Part shown: one piece after another, positions 1 to 8,295 of the stretch | How the letters are laid out: each line of letters starts with the position of its first letter | Position numbering within the stretch: position 1 is the first letter of the stretch | Assembly (NCBI GenBank): GCA_900317315.1 | Contig: ONGI01000002.1 | Coordinates: forward strand, 1-56,895 | DNA length: 56,895 nt | Origin: an uncultured Eubacteriales bacterium | GTDB lineage: Bacteria > Bacillota > Clostridia > Oscillospirales > Acutalibacteraceae | Direction: 5' to 3' | Notes under the pieces: generated by a model | What the model was told of the DNA's origin: nothing | Seen by the model: only the letters and a program-made list of their open reading frames with translations | The model's database searches: none | Translations under genes and position numbers: made by a program

Positions 1-140
1 CCGGCGCTGCAAAAAATACAGCCGCGGTGCCCCATGGTGCCGTCGCGGTTGGGGCAGGTCATGCCGCCGTCCAGCGAGAGCTTGTAGACCTTTTCGCCGA
101 AGGCACGCATTAAATATTTGTTAAGAGAATAATAATACAT
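1..140 (-). CDS. TIGR01212/YhcC-family radical SAM protein, N-terminal part (runs off window)
   Basis: Manual translation MYYYSLNKYLMRAFGEKVYKLSLDGGMTCPNRDGTMGHRGCIFCSAG; the TCPNRDG...GCIFC signature; RBS GAGG upstream. Confidence 0.9.
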   Translation of the reverse strand, partial: MYYYSLNKYLMRAFGEKVYKLSLDGGMTCPNRDGTMGHRGCIFCSA

Positions 141-154
141 CTTTTTCCTCAATA

Positions 155-188
155 AAAGTATAAAGACCCGCCGGTCGGCAGGTCTTTA
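155..188 (-). terminator. Intrinsic terminator-like hairpin
   Basis: Minus strand TAAAGACCTGCC-GACC-GGCGGGTCTTTA followed by TACTTTT. Confidence 0.6.
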
Positions 189-241
189 CAAAAGGAACAT
201 CTATGAAAAATCTTCAAAAGGAGGAAGTAAGCTTTATTGTG
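155..241 (-). ncRNA. Candidate trans-acting small RNA (csRNA-like)
   Basis: Putative -10 TAGACT (247-252), CU-rich anti-SD/anti-AUG body, own terminator; see findings. Confidence 0.4.
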
Positions 242-306
242 ACTATAGTCTACCCCCTCTATGTGAAAACTACTTGAAGAAAACGGAAATGCTGTGTGAT
301 TTTTAC

Positions 307-1011
307 CTATAGAAATGATGAAAACCGCTTTACATACTCCGTGAACATCTCGTAGATCTCGTCCTCAAGGTTTTCCATGTCCTCGTCGATGCCGCCGTTG
401 AAGAACAGCTTGGTGTGCTTGCGCAGCGAGAGATAAGCGCCGGTCATGTTTTTTCTGACCTCATTTTGCAGCTCGTCGCTCAGCTCCTGTCCGCATGCAA
501 GCCCCAAATACAGATTTTTGTTGCAGAGCTGGGAGGAGATCGCCGGGGTCTTTAATACAAAGGTATTGAACCGGTGCAGCGAGTGATAAAACTCCCTGAC
601 CGAAAACTGCTCCGCCTTTTCGGGATCCGCCTGCTGCTTTTCGTCCTGCTCTCGCTCCGCTTCCTCCAGCGAAAAATCGGGAGAGGTGATGTAGGTGTGC
701 AGATAGTCGGGATTGAGCACCAGCGCGTTGTAGAGGCGCATGGCATAGAGCGCGTTTTCCAGACATGCAAAGGCGGCATACTGCATGTTGCTCTCGTTGA
801 GGTGCATGAAGCTGTATAGATTTTGATAAACCGATTTGTTGACGGCGATCAAAACCAGCCGCTCGTTATCGTGATAATCGTTAACCACGGGACTCGCCAA
901 AAACTGCATGGTGTATTTGTAGGATTTGTTGATATATTGGCGGAGTTTTTCTTTAAAAGAAGTAAGAAACGCCGCCTCTCTGATCGTATAGGCAAACATA
1001 CGGCTCCTCAC
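307..1011 (-). CDS. Hypothetical protein, probably all-helical (alternative start ATG 999)
   Basis: 234-aa ORF abutting the upstream gene's stop; plausible composition; no motif recognised. Confidence 0.75.
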   Translation of the reverse strand: MRSRMFAYTIREAAFLTSFKEKLRQYINKSYKYTMQFLASPVVNDYHDNERLVLIAVNKSVYQNLYSFMHLNESNMQYAAFACLENALYAMRLYNALVLNPDYLHTYITSPDFSLEEAEREQDEKQQADPEKAEQFSVREFYHSLHRFNTFVLKTPAISSQLCNKNLYLGLACGQELSDELQNEVRKNMTGAYLSLRKHTKLFFNGGIDEDMENLEDEIYEMFTEYVKRFSSFL

Positions 1012-1680
1012 CTACCTGAACGGTTCAAACTCGCTGTTATACAGCTCGTTGCGCGTTATGTCCGCATCGTATTCACAGCCGGTTGCACGCGAAAGGGCTG
1101 CGATCAGCAAATTCGGGTTCACGTTGTCGCTGCTGCCTGCCGAGAGCACCACATCAAGCTTGGCGCAGTCGAACAGCTCCGTCACGCTGAAGCTTTTGAT
1201 ACCGGGCTTGATGTCAACGGTTTTCATGCCCTTTTTGGATTTCTTTTCGATCTCGATCGTATCATTTTGCAAGAGCGCGCCGAGCTGTTCACACACAAGG
1301 CGCGAGGACTTGTCCGGCAGTGAAAGAAGTATGGTAAAGGAGGCATAGGCGACTTTTCCAGCCTTCATCACCGCCTCGGTGACGTCAAAAACGCGGAGAC
1401 CGCGCGGCAGACAGGCGTTCAGCCGGTTCTTTATTTCTTCAAAAGAAAATTCCTCATCCTCCAGCCGCACATCCATGCACTCGTTCACACCGCGAAAGCC
1501 CAGCGACAGCGGCAAGGGAAAGGTCGCAAACGGGTGCGGATTAAAGCCCTCGGTGTGCCAGATGGGGATCTTGCTTTTGTGGAGCGCGCGCAGCATGGTG
1601 CGGTTGAGGTCGAGGTGCGAGATATAGCGGCATTCAAAGTCTTTTTTAAACCAGATCCTTACGTTTTTCAAAGCACACAC
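1012..1680 (-). CDS. TIGR03936/DUF2344 radical SAM-associated protein (alternative start TTG 1671)
   Basis: RYISHLDL...TEGFNPHP...PLSLG motif; overlaps the TIGR03960 gene as expected. Confidence 0.9.
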   Translation of the reverse strand: MCALKNVRIWFKKDFECRYISHLDLNRTMLRALHKSKIPIWHTEGFNPHPFATFPLPLSLGFRGVNECMDVRLEDEEFSFEEIKNRLNACLPRGLRVFDVTEAVMKAGKVAYASFTILLSLPDKSSRLVCEQLGALLQNDTIEIEKKSKKGMKTVDIKPGIKSFSVTELFDCAKLDVVLSAGSSDNVNPNLLIAALSRATGCEYDADITRNELYNSEFEPFR

Positions 1681-3505
1681 CCCTTCCGTATTTGGCAGCG
1701 CCGCAGCCGGAGCATTTCAGCCGGCAGTGCGGTGTTGTGGTATTCTCATACGCCTTTTGGCATTCCTTTTGCAAAAAGCGCTTTTCAACGCCGTAGTCGA
1801 TATGGTCCCACGGCAGTATCTCGTCAAAGCTGCGGCGGCGGTTGGCATAAAAGGCAGGGTCAATGCCGCATTCCTCAAACAGCGCCATCCATTTTTCGAG
1901 GCTGAAGCAGTCGTTCCAGCCGTCAAAATGAAAGCCTCTCTCGCAGGCGAGCGCCATCACCCGGCAGAGCTTGCGGTCGCCGCGCGCAAACACCGCCTCC
2001 AAAAAGCTCGTGTCCGCGTCGTGGTAGTTGAACTGTACTTTTTTGGTGGTGATGCTTTTTTTGATATGCTCCTGCTTTTCGTGCAGCTGCGAAATGGTGT
2101 CCTGCGGCTCCCACTGAAACGGCGTAAAGGGCTTGGGCACAAAGGACGACGCCGATACCGTGACGCGCACGCTTTTGCCCTTGGCGTGGTTCGGCGTGCG
2201 GTAGTAGGTATCCACCACATCCTGTCCGAGCTGCGCGATCGCCGCCACGTCGTCCATGGTCTCGGTCGGCAGACCGATCATAAAATAGAGCTTGACGGTT
2301 GTCCAGCCGCCGGCAAACGCGGTGGCGCAGGTCTGCATCAGCTCGTCGTGCTGCACATTTTTATTGATCACGTCGCGCATGCGCTGGCTGCCTGCCTCGG
2401 GAGCAAAGGTCAGTCCGCTTTTGCGCACGGTTTTTATCTTGTTCATAATCTCGTCGGTAAAGCCGTCCACGCGCAGCGACGGCAGCGACAGGCTGACCTT
2501 TTCTTCACCCGACCATTCCGTCAGCTTTTCGAGCAGCGGCACGATTTGGCTGTAGTCGCTGGAGCTGAGAGAGGAGAGCGAAACCTCATCATAGCCGGTG
2601 TTCTCACAGAGCGCACGGCACTGGGCGTTGATGGTGTCGGGCGACTTTTCGCGCACCGGACGGTAGATAAAGCCTGCCTGACAAAAGCGGCAGCCGCGGA
2701 TGCACCCTCTGAAAATCTCCTGAACGGCGCGGTCGTGGACGATCTCGACCATCGGCACAACAAAATTGTCGGGATAATAGGACTTGTCCATGTCGAGCAT
2801 CAGCCGCTTGTGCACCACGGCAGGCGCGCCGTCCTTTGGCACAAAGCTTTTTATGGTGCCGTCCTCGTGGTAGGCGACCTCATAGAGCGAGGGCACATAG
2901 ACGCCCTCGATTTGGGCGCAGCGGCGGAGGAATTCACGCTTGTCCGCTCCCTCTTTTTTGCACTGACGGAACAGCTCCATCACCTCGAGGTCGACCTCCT
3001 CTCCCTCACCGATAAAGAACAGATCGACAAAATCCGCGATCGGCTCGGGATTGCAGGCGCACGGACCGCCTGCCACGACGATATGCTTCAGCTCATTGCC
3101 GCGCGCTTCGGTGGTGACGGGCACCTCGCCGAGCTTGAGCATATTGAGCATATTGGTATAGCTCAGCTCATATTGGAGCGTGAAGCCGATAAAATCGAAG
3201 TCCGACAGCGGGTCTCCGCTTTCGAGCGCATAGAGCGGGATGTGGTTTTTGACCATCTCCTCCTCCATATCGACCCACGGTGCAAACACGCGCTCGCACC
3301 AGATATAGGGAACGCTGTTGAACTGACTGTAGAGTATTTTCATGCCAAGGTGCGACATGCCGACCTCGTAGGTGTCGGGAAAGCAGAATGCAAAGCGCAC
3401 CTCCACGTCCCGTTTGTTCTTGATCACCTCGTTGAGCTCGCCGCCGACATAGCGGCCGGGCTTTTGCACCTTCAAAAGCAGTTTTTCAACTTTTTTGGAT
3501 ACCAT
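1646..3505 (-). CDS. TIGR03960-family B12-binding radical SAM protein
   Basis: KPGRYVGGELN, FPDTYEVGMSHLG, RGCIRGCRFCQAG (CxxxCxxC); true start ATG 3505 after GGGGAGG. Confidence 0.92.
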   Translation of the reverse strand: MVSKKVEKLLLKVQKPGRYVGGELNEVIKNKRDVEVRFAFCFPDTYEVGMSHLGMKILYSQFNSVPYIWCERVFAPWVDMEEEMVKNHIPLYALESGDPLSDFDFIGFTLQYELSYTNMLNMLKLGEVPVTTEARGNELKHIVVAGGPCACNPEPIADFVDLFFIGEGEEVDLEVMELFRQCKKEGADKREFLRRCAQIEGVYVPSLYEVAYHEDGTIKSFVPKDGAPAVVHKRLMLDMDKSYYPDNFVVPMVEIVHDRAVQEIFRGCIRGCRFCQAGFIYRPVREKSPDTINAQCRALCENTGYDEVSLSSLSSSDYSQIVPLLEKLTEWSGEEKVSLSLPSLRVDGFTDEIMNKIKTVRKSGLTFAPEAGSQRMRDVINKNVQHDELMQTCATAFAGGWTTVKLYFMIGLPTETMDDVAAIAQLGQDVVDTYYRTPNHAKGKSVRVTVSASSFVPKPFTPFQWEPQDTISQLHEKQEHIKKSITTKKVQFNYHDADTSFLEAVFARGDRKLCRVMALACERGFHFDGWNDCFSLEKWMALFEECGIDPAFYANRRRSFDEILPWDHIDYGVEKRFLQKECQKAYENTTTPHCRLKCSGCGAAKYGRGVCFEKRKDLV

Positions 3506-3516
3506 ATTTTCCTCCC

Positions 3517-4122
3517 CTAAAAAAACCTGTTTTCCCTGTTCAGCAGCGCTGCGGTCAAATAGATGCTGACAAACAGCAGTGAAACATTCCGCTCCCTGAG
3601 CAGCAGCCAAAAGCCGAGCGCCGCAAGCGGAAGAATGCACGCAAAGGTCAAGGCATTGACGACCTTTTCGGCGCTTGCAGGCATACACCTGCGGCACAGG
3701 AGCAGCCAGAGCAGCTGACCGCCGTCGAGCGACAGCACAGGCAGGCTGTTGAACAGACCTACCGACAGATTTGCCGCCGCAAAGGGCAGCGATCGCACAA
3801 TACCTTTTAAGTATAACAGATATCCGCACAGAAAACAAACAAAATTCGCAAAAGGACCGAAAAAAATTATAAAAGCATTTTGTGCGGCTGTTCGCTCCTG
3901 CCGCGCGCTGTCTGTGATGTCGATGGCAAAGAGGGAGATTTTGATTCTTTTCGGGAAATATCCACAGCGGCGCATGGCGAGCAGATGGCCGCTCTCGTGT
4001 ATCATGATCGCCAGCGCGCACCACACAAAGCGCTCCGTGACGCTGAGCAGCACCGCTGCGGCAGTCAGACAGAGCAGCGTGTAGGACAGCTCCACCTCCG
4101 TATGCCTAAGATGCAGCTTCAT
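3517..4122 (-). CDS. spoIVFB: M50 site-2 protease, SpoIVFB-like
   Basis: HESGH (HExxH), GPFAN and NSLPVLSLDGG motifs; position upstream of TIGR03960; start ATG 4122. Confidence 0.75.
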   Translation of the reverse strand: MKLHLRHTEVELSYTLLCLTAAAVLLSVTERFVWCALAIMIHESGHLLAMRRCGYFPKRIKISLFAIDITDSARQERTAAQNAFIIFFGPFANFVCFLCGYLLYLKGIVRSLPFAAANLSVGLFNSLPVLSLDGGQLLWLLLCRRCMPASAEKVVNALTFACILPLAALGFWLLLRERNVSLLFVSIYLTAALLNRENRFF

Positions 4123-4432
4123 CCGCTGTCGCCGAAAACAAGCCCTCAAAGCCGTGACTGCCGTCAAAGAGCACCGTGGCGTTGAGCTGCTCCGTGTACC
4201 ACGCGTGCACCTTTTCATAGACCTCTCCGCCGATGCCCTTGAGCGCGAATGCCGCGGCTGCCAGCAGCACACAGGCGACAAGCTGCAAGGTCAGCAACAG
4301 GTGCCGCGGCGGTTCTCCGCGGCGGACGGGTCCTTCTTCCGCTTCCTCTGTATGCGAGACGATCGGCGGCGTCTCGGGAACACTGACGCTCTGCCAGTTT
4401 TCATCATACGTGATCGTGCTGCGTTCCTCCAA
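4106..4432 (-). CDS. Small single-TM membrane protein in the spoIVFA position
   Basis: One hydrophobic helix (LLLTLQLVACVLLAAAAFAL); GAGGTG RBS 6 nt before TTG 4432; overlaps the spoIVFB-like start. Confidence 0.65.
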   Translation of the reverse strand: MEERSTITYDENWQSVSVPETPPIVSHTEEAEEGPVRRGEPPRHLLLTLQLVACVLLAAAAFALKGIGGEVYEKVHAWYTEQLNATVLFDGSHGFEGLFSATADEAAS

Positions 4433-4450
4433 AAAAATCACCTCGGCACA

Positions 4451-4479
4451 AATATATGCGCCGAGGCTCGCATTAATGC
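4451..4479 (-). promoter_or_regulatory. sigmaE-type promoter for the spoIVF-like genes
   Basis: GCATTAA-14-CATATATT on minus strand. Confidence 0.6.
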
Positions 4480-5864
4480 AGCTTTTTGAAATCGCTCTTC
4501 ACCAAATTGACAAAGAACAGGATCGCAATAACCAGCGCGCCTGCCTCCGCGATCGGAAAGGCGTACCAGGAATTGGTGACGCCGGCGGTCATGGCGAGCA
4601 AAAACGCCGTGGGCAGCAGGATGAGCAGCTGACGGAAGAAGGACATCAGCAGGCTGCGGAAGCCCTTGCCGACCGCCTGAAAAAGTGTGGTAAAGACGAT
4701 ACCGACCGCCGCCGGCACAAAGCACAGGCTGATGATGCGGAACGCGTGCTCGCCCTCGCGCAGCAGCGTCTGCGGATCCACATCCGTAAAGCTCGATTCG
4801 TCGCCGAACATAGAGAGCAGCACATCGGGGATCGTCCACATCAAAATGGTGCCGGCAAGCATGATGCCGCCTGCGATCAGCACGCCCCTTTTGAGCGCCG
4901 AATAGAGCCGCGCCCTGTTGCGTGCGCCGTAGTTGTAGCCGAGGATCGGCATGAGTCCCTGGTTCAGTCCGAAGCAGGGCATGAATACAAAGCTTTGCAG
5001 CTTAAAATAGATACCGAACACGTCCACTGCCACGATGGAATGATACGCCTGAAAAATCGCGTTGAGTCCGAGCATCATAATGGCGCCGATGCTCTGCATA
5101 ATAATGGAAGGGAAGCCGACGGCGTAGATGTTTTTGACCGTTATCGGGTTAAAGCGGAAGCCCTTTAGCTTGATTTGGATGCGGTGGCTCTTGCAAAACA
5201 AGATGATGACGGCAAACACCATGCCGCAGAACTGTCCGAACACCGTGGCGACAGCCGCACCGAGCACGCCCATTTCGGGAAAGATCCAGATACCGAAGAT
5301 CAGCAACGGGTCAAAGATGATATTGACGACCGCGCCGGTCAGCTGGAACAGCATGGGATAGATCATATTGCCGGTGGCTTGGAGCGTTTTTTCGATCATC
5401 ACCTGAATGATCGAGAACAGTGACAGACACAGTACGCAGGTAAAATATTGCACGCCTGCCTCCACCACGCGCTCATTGCCGCCGCTGAACGCCGTCATAA
5501 ACGGGCGCACACCGAAGATGCCCAACAGCAAAAAGAACGCATAGGTGAACAGACAGAGCACCAAGCCGTGTGTGGCGGCGGCGTTTGCCTGCTCATAGTT
5601 TTGCTCACCGAGCTTGCGCGACACCAGCGAGTTGACGCCGACCGCCGTGCCGACGGACGCCGCGATCAACAGCAGCTGCAGCGGATACGCGAGCGAGATC
5701 GCGGTAAAACCGTCCATATCGTATTTGCTGACAAAAATACTGTCCACCACGTTGTACATCGCCAGGATCGTCATCGAAAAGATCGCCGGCAAAGACATGG
5801 TGAGGATCAGCTTTGTCATGGGCATGGTGCCCATCTTGTTTTCTTTTTGTTGTACCTTCTCCAT
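4473..5864 (-). CDS. MATE family efflux transporter
   Basis: About 12 TMs; YNVVDSIFV, NIIFDPLLIFG, GVLGAAVATVFGQ, YNYGA motifs. Confidence 0.93.
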   Translation of the reverse strand: MEKVQQKENKMGTMPMTKLILTMSLPAIFSMTILAMYNVVDSIFVSKYDMDGFTAISLAYPLQLLLIAASVGTAVGVNSLVSRKLGEQNYEQANAAATHGLVLCLFTYAFFLLLGIFGVRPFMTAFSGGNERVVEAGVQYFTCVLCLSLFSIIQVMIEKTLQATGNMIYPMLFQLTGAVVNIIFDPLLIFGIWIFPEMGVLGAAVATVFGQFCGMVFAVIILFCKSHRIQIKLKGFRFNPITVKNIYAVGFPSIIMQSIGAIMMLGLNAIFQAYHSIVAVDVFGIYFKLQSFVFMPCFGLNQGLMPILGYNYGARNRARLYSALKRGVLIAGGIMLAGTILMWTIPDVLLSMFGDESSFTDVDPQTLLREGEHAFRIISLCFVPAAVGIVFTTLFQAVGKGFRSLLMSFFRQLLILLPTAFLLAMTAGVTNSWYAFPIAEAGALVIAILFFVNLVKSDFKKLH

Positions 5865-5872
5865 AATCTCCC

Positions 5873-6349
5873 CTATTTTCTGTTAAAACGTTTGGTGCGC
5901 CGGTACACGGCATAAAACGCCAGCAGCAGCAGCGCGCCCGTCACCACACCGGCAAAGTCGATCCACACGTCCGCGATCATACCGGCTCTGCCCTCGATAA
6001 AAAGCTGAATGGTTTCGTCGATCAGGGCTGCCGAAAGACCGGCAAACAAAACCTGTACCGCATAGCGCTGCGGCCGCCTGCGGTCAAAGCAATAGGCGCA
6101 GCTGAGCAGCAGTCCGCCGACAGCGGCAAATTCCGAGAAATGCGCCAGCTTGCGGACGATATGCTGCGTCACGATTTGTCCGGCGCCGAACAGCCCGAAG
6201 AACCAATAAAAAACGCGGTAAAAGCCGTCGCTCTCCTGCGACGATACCGAAGCCGGAAAGCAGGAATGCACCCAGCAAAAAAGGAGCATCAAAGCGGTCA
6301 GGACAAAAATAATCGCGGTAAAGCGCACCGAAGCCCTGTTATTCTTCAT
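5873..6349 (-). CDS. VanZ-family membrane protein
   Basis: VRKLAHFSEF and DETIQLFIEGRAG..DVWID motifs. Confidence 0.88.
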   Translation of the reverse strand: MKNNRASVRFTAIIFVLTALMLLFCWVHSCFPASVSSQESDGFYRVFYWFFGLFGAGQIVTQHIVRKLAHFSEFAAVGGLLLSCAYCFDRRRPQRYAVQVLFAGLSAALIDETIQLFIEGRAGMIADVWIDFAGVVTGALLLLAFYAVYRRTKRFNRK

Positions 6350-6371
6350 CTTATCACCTCATACTCTCTCT

Positions 6372-6399
6372 ATTTTACATCAAATATAGGCAAAGTCAA
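6372..6399 (-). promoter_or_regulatory. sigmaA-type promoter for VanZ-MATE
   Basis: TTGACT-16-TAAAAT. Confidence 0.5.
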
Positions 6400-6460
6400 T
6401 GAAAAAATATCGGTCAGCGCCATCGTTGTTGATTTTTTACGGAAACATTGCTTTTATGTA

Positions 6461-6489
6461 TTGAAAAAACCTGCACTTTCTGCTATACT
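6461..6489 (+). promoter_or_regulatory. sigmaA-type promoter (divergent)
   Basis: TTGAAA-17-TATACT with TGn extension. Confidence 0.6.
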
Positions 6490-6548
6490 AAACAGGATTT
6501 AAATAAAGAATACTTATACTTTTTTCAGACAAGGAGAGTCATCGTTTA

Positions 6549-7040
6549 ATGTGGTATTTGATTTGCTTTTTTATCTCGATGGTACCGATCATTGAGCTGC
6601 GCGGCGCGATCCCGGTGGGCATCGCCAACGATCTCAATGTGTTCTGGCTGTTTCCGATTTGCATTATCGGCAACATGCTTCCCGTCCCGCTCATCTACTT
6701 TTTTGCGAGAAAGGTGCTCATCTGGGGCGCCGACAAAAAGGTTATCGGCAAGTTCTTTACCTTCTGTCTCAAGAAGGGAGAAAAAGGCGGTCAAAAGCTG
6801 CAAAAGAACGGCGGCAAGGGCTTGTTTATCGCTCTCATGCTGTTCGTCGGCATTCCGCTTCCCGGCACAGGCGCCTGGACGGGCACGCTGGCGGCAAGCT
6901 TTTTGAATATGGGCTTCAAAAAGAGCGTGATCGCCGTTATCTGCGGCGTGCTGATCGCCGGCGTCATTATGGGCATCGGCACTTATGCGGTCAAAATGGG
7001 CATGGGCGGCATCTTTTCGCTCATGGCAAACAGCAAATGA
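6549..7040 (+). CDS. Small multidrug export-family (COG2426) membrane protein
   Basis: MVPIIELRGAIPVG and FVGIPLPGTGAWTG motifs; AGGAG RBS. Confidence 0.88.
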   Translation: MWYLICFFISMVPIIELRGAIPVGIANDLNVFWLFPICIIGNMLPVPLIYFFARKVLIWGADKKVIGKFFTFCLKKGEKGGQKLQKNGGKGLFIALMLFVGIPLPGTGAWTGTLAASFLNMGFKKSVIAVICGVLIAGVIMGIGTYAVKMGMGGIFSLMANSK

Positions 7041-7043
7041 TAA

Positions 7044-7073
7044 AGGAGGCAGCGTTGGGCTGCCTTCTCTTTT
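7044..7073 (+). terminator. Terminator-like hairpin
   Basis: AGGAGGCAGC-gttgg-GCTGCCTTCT then CTTTT. Confidence 0.5.
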
Positions 7074-7085
7074 AGGTGAAACAAA

Positions 7086-8295
7086 ATGGAAGTGTATGAC
7101 GCTTTGATAATCGGCGGCGGCGCATCGGGGCTGATGTGCGCCATTGCCGCCAAACGGAAGAAGCCGCGTCTGCGTGTTGCCGTGCTGGAAAAGAACGACC
7201 GCGTGGGCAAAAAGCTCCTCGCCACCGGCAACGGACGGTGCAACCTCACCCATACAGCGGTGGACAGCTCACACTATGCAGGCTCCTTCAGGCGGCAGAG
7301 TCAGGCGGTGTTTGACCGCATCGGCACCGCAGAGCTGCTTGCGTATTTCAGGCAGCTCGGGCTTTTGACGGCTTGCGACAGCGAGGGAAGGTATTATCCC
7401 CTGTGCCGTCAGGCGTCGGCGGTGCTCGACGTGCTGCGCTTCAACTGCGAGGCAGCCGGTGCGGAGATCGTTTGTTCGCAGACGATCCGTTCCGTGAAGC
7501 ACCGCGACCGCTTCACCGTGACGACGGCGGACAGGGTGTTCCAAGCGGAGAAGCTGGTGATAGCGGCAGGCTCCAAGGCGTCGCCCAAGCTCGGCGGCAG
7601 CGGCAGCGCGGCGGACATGCTCAAAAACCTCGGACATCGCTTTGTCCCCTTTTCGCCTGCGCTCTGCCCTGTTTCGGTGCAGTCCGGCGTGCTCAAGGGA
7701 CTCAAGGGACTGCGCGCACAGGGACAGGTGACGCTCCTGCGCGGCGGCAAGGCCGTCAAAGCCGAAAGCGGCGAGGTGCAGTTCAATGAGCAAAACCTCT
7801 CGGGCATCTGTGTCTTTGATCTCTCGCTTTACGCGCACAGCGGCGATGAGATCGTGCTGGATCTGTTGCCTGATATTTCCGAAAAAGAATTAAGCAAAAT
7901 TCTTTTGCAGAACAAAAAGACATTTGCCGCACAGTCAGCCGACAATCTTTTTACGGGTATTCTGCAAAAGCGTATAGCGCAGGCAGTGCTCAAAGCGGCC
8001 GGCTGGCACGGACTTTGCCAAAAGCTGTGCCGCCTACACTGCCGCAGAGCTGCAAAAGGCGGCACAGACTGCCAAGGCCATGCGTTTTTCCGTCACCGGC
8101 AACGAGGGCTTTGACCGTGCGCAGGCGTGCTTGGGCGGCGTTTACGGCGGTGAAATAGATGAAATGACCATGCGCAGCAAAAAGCAGAAAAACCTTTGGG
8201 TCTGCGGCGAAGCCATCGACCTCTGCGGAGAATGCGGCGGCTATAACCTGCATTTTGCGTTTGCGAGCGGTATGATAGCAGGAGAAAACCTATGA
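7086..8295 (+). pseudogene. HI0933/BaiN/YhiN-family flavoprotein, frameshifted near 8005
   Basis: GGGASG and GKKLLATGNGRCN in ORF 7086; C-terminal GEAIDLCGECGGYNLHFAFASG lies in another frame (8080..8295); one extra base at about 8004-8006. Confidence 0.8.

Noticed and set aside
1727-3520. Long antisense ORFs (also 12927-14474, 16852-18591, 25651-27324, 46640-48283, 48535-50436, 53669-55642)
   Set aside because: They are shadows of well-supported genes caused by GC-rich codon bias, with no protein motifs
3506-4024. N-terminal extension of the 792-aa ORF
   Set aside because: It overlaps the M50 protease gene; the real start is ATG 3505 with a strong RBS
5873-6349. Glycopeptide resistance locus
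   Set aside because: VanZ-like genes are widespread and no vanHAX or vanRS genes are present
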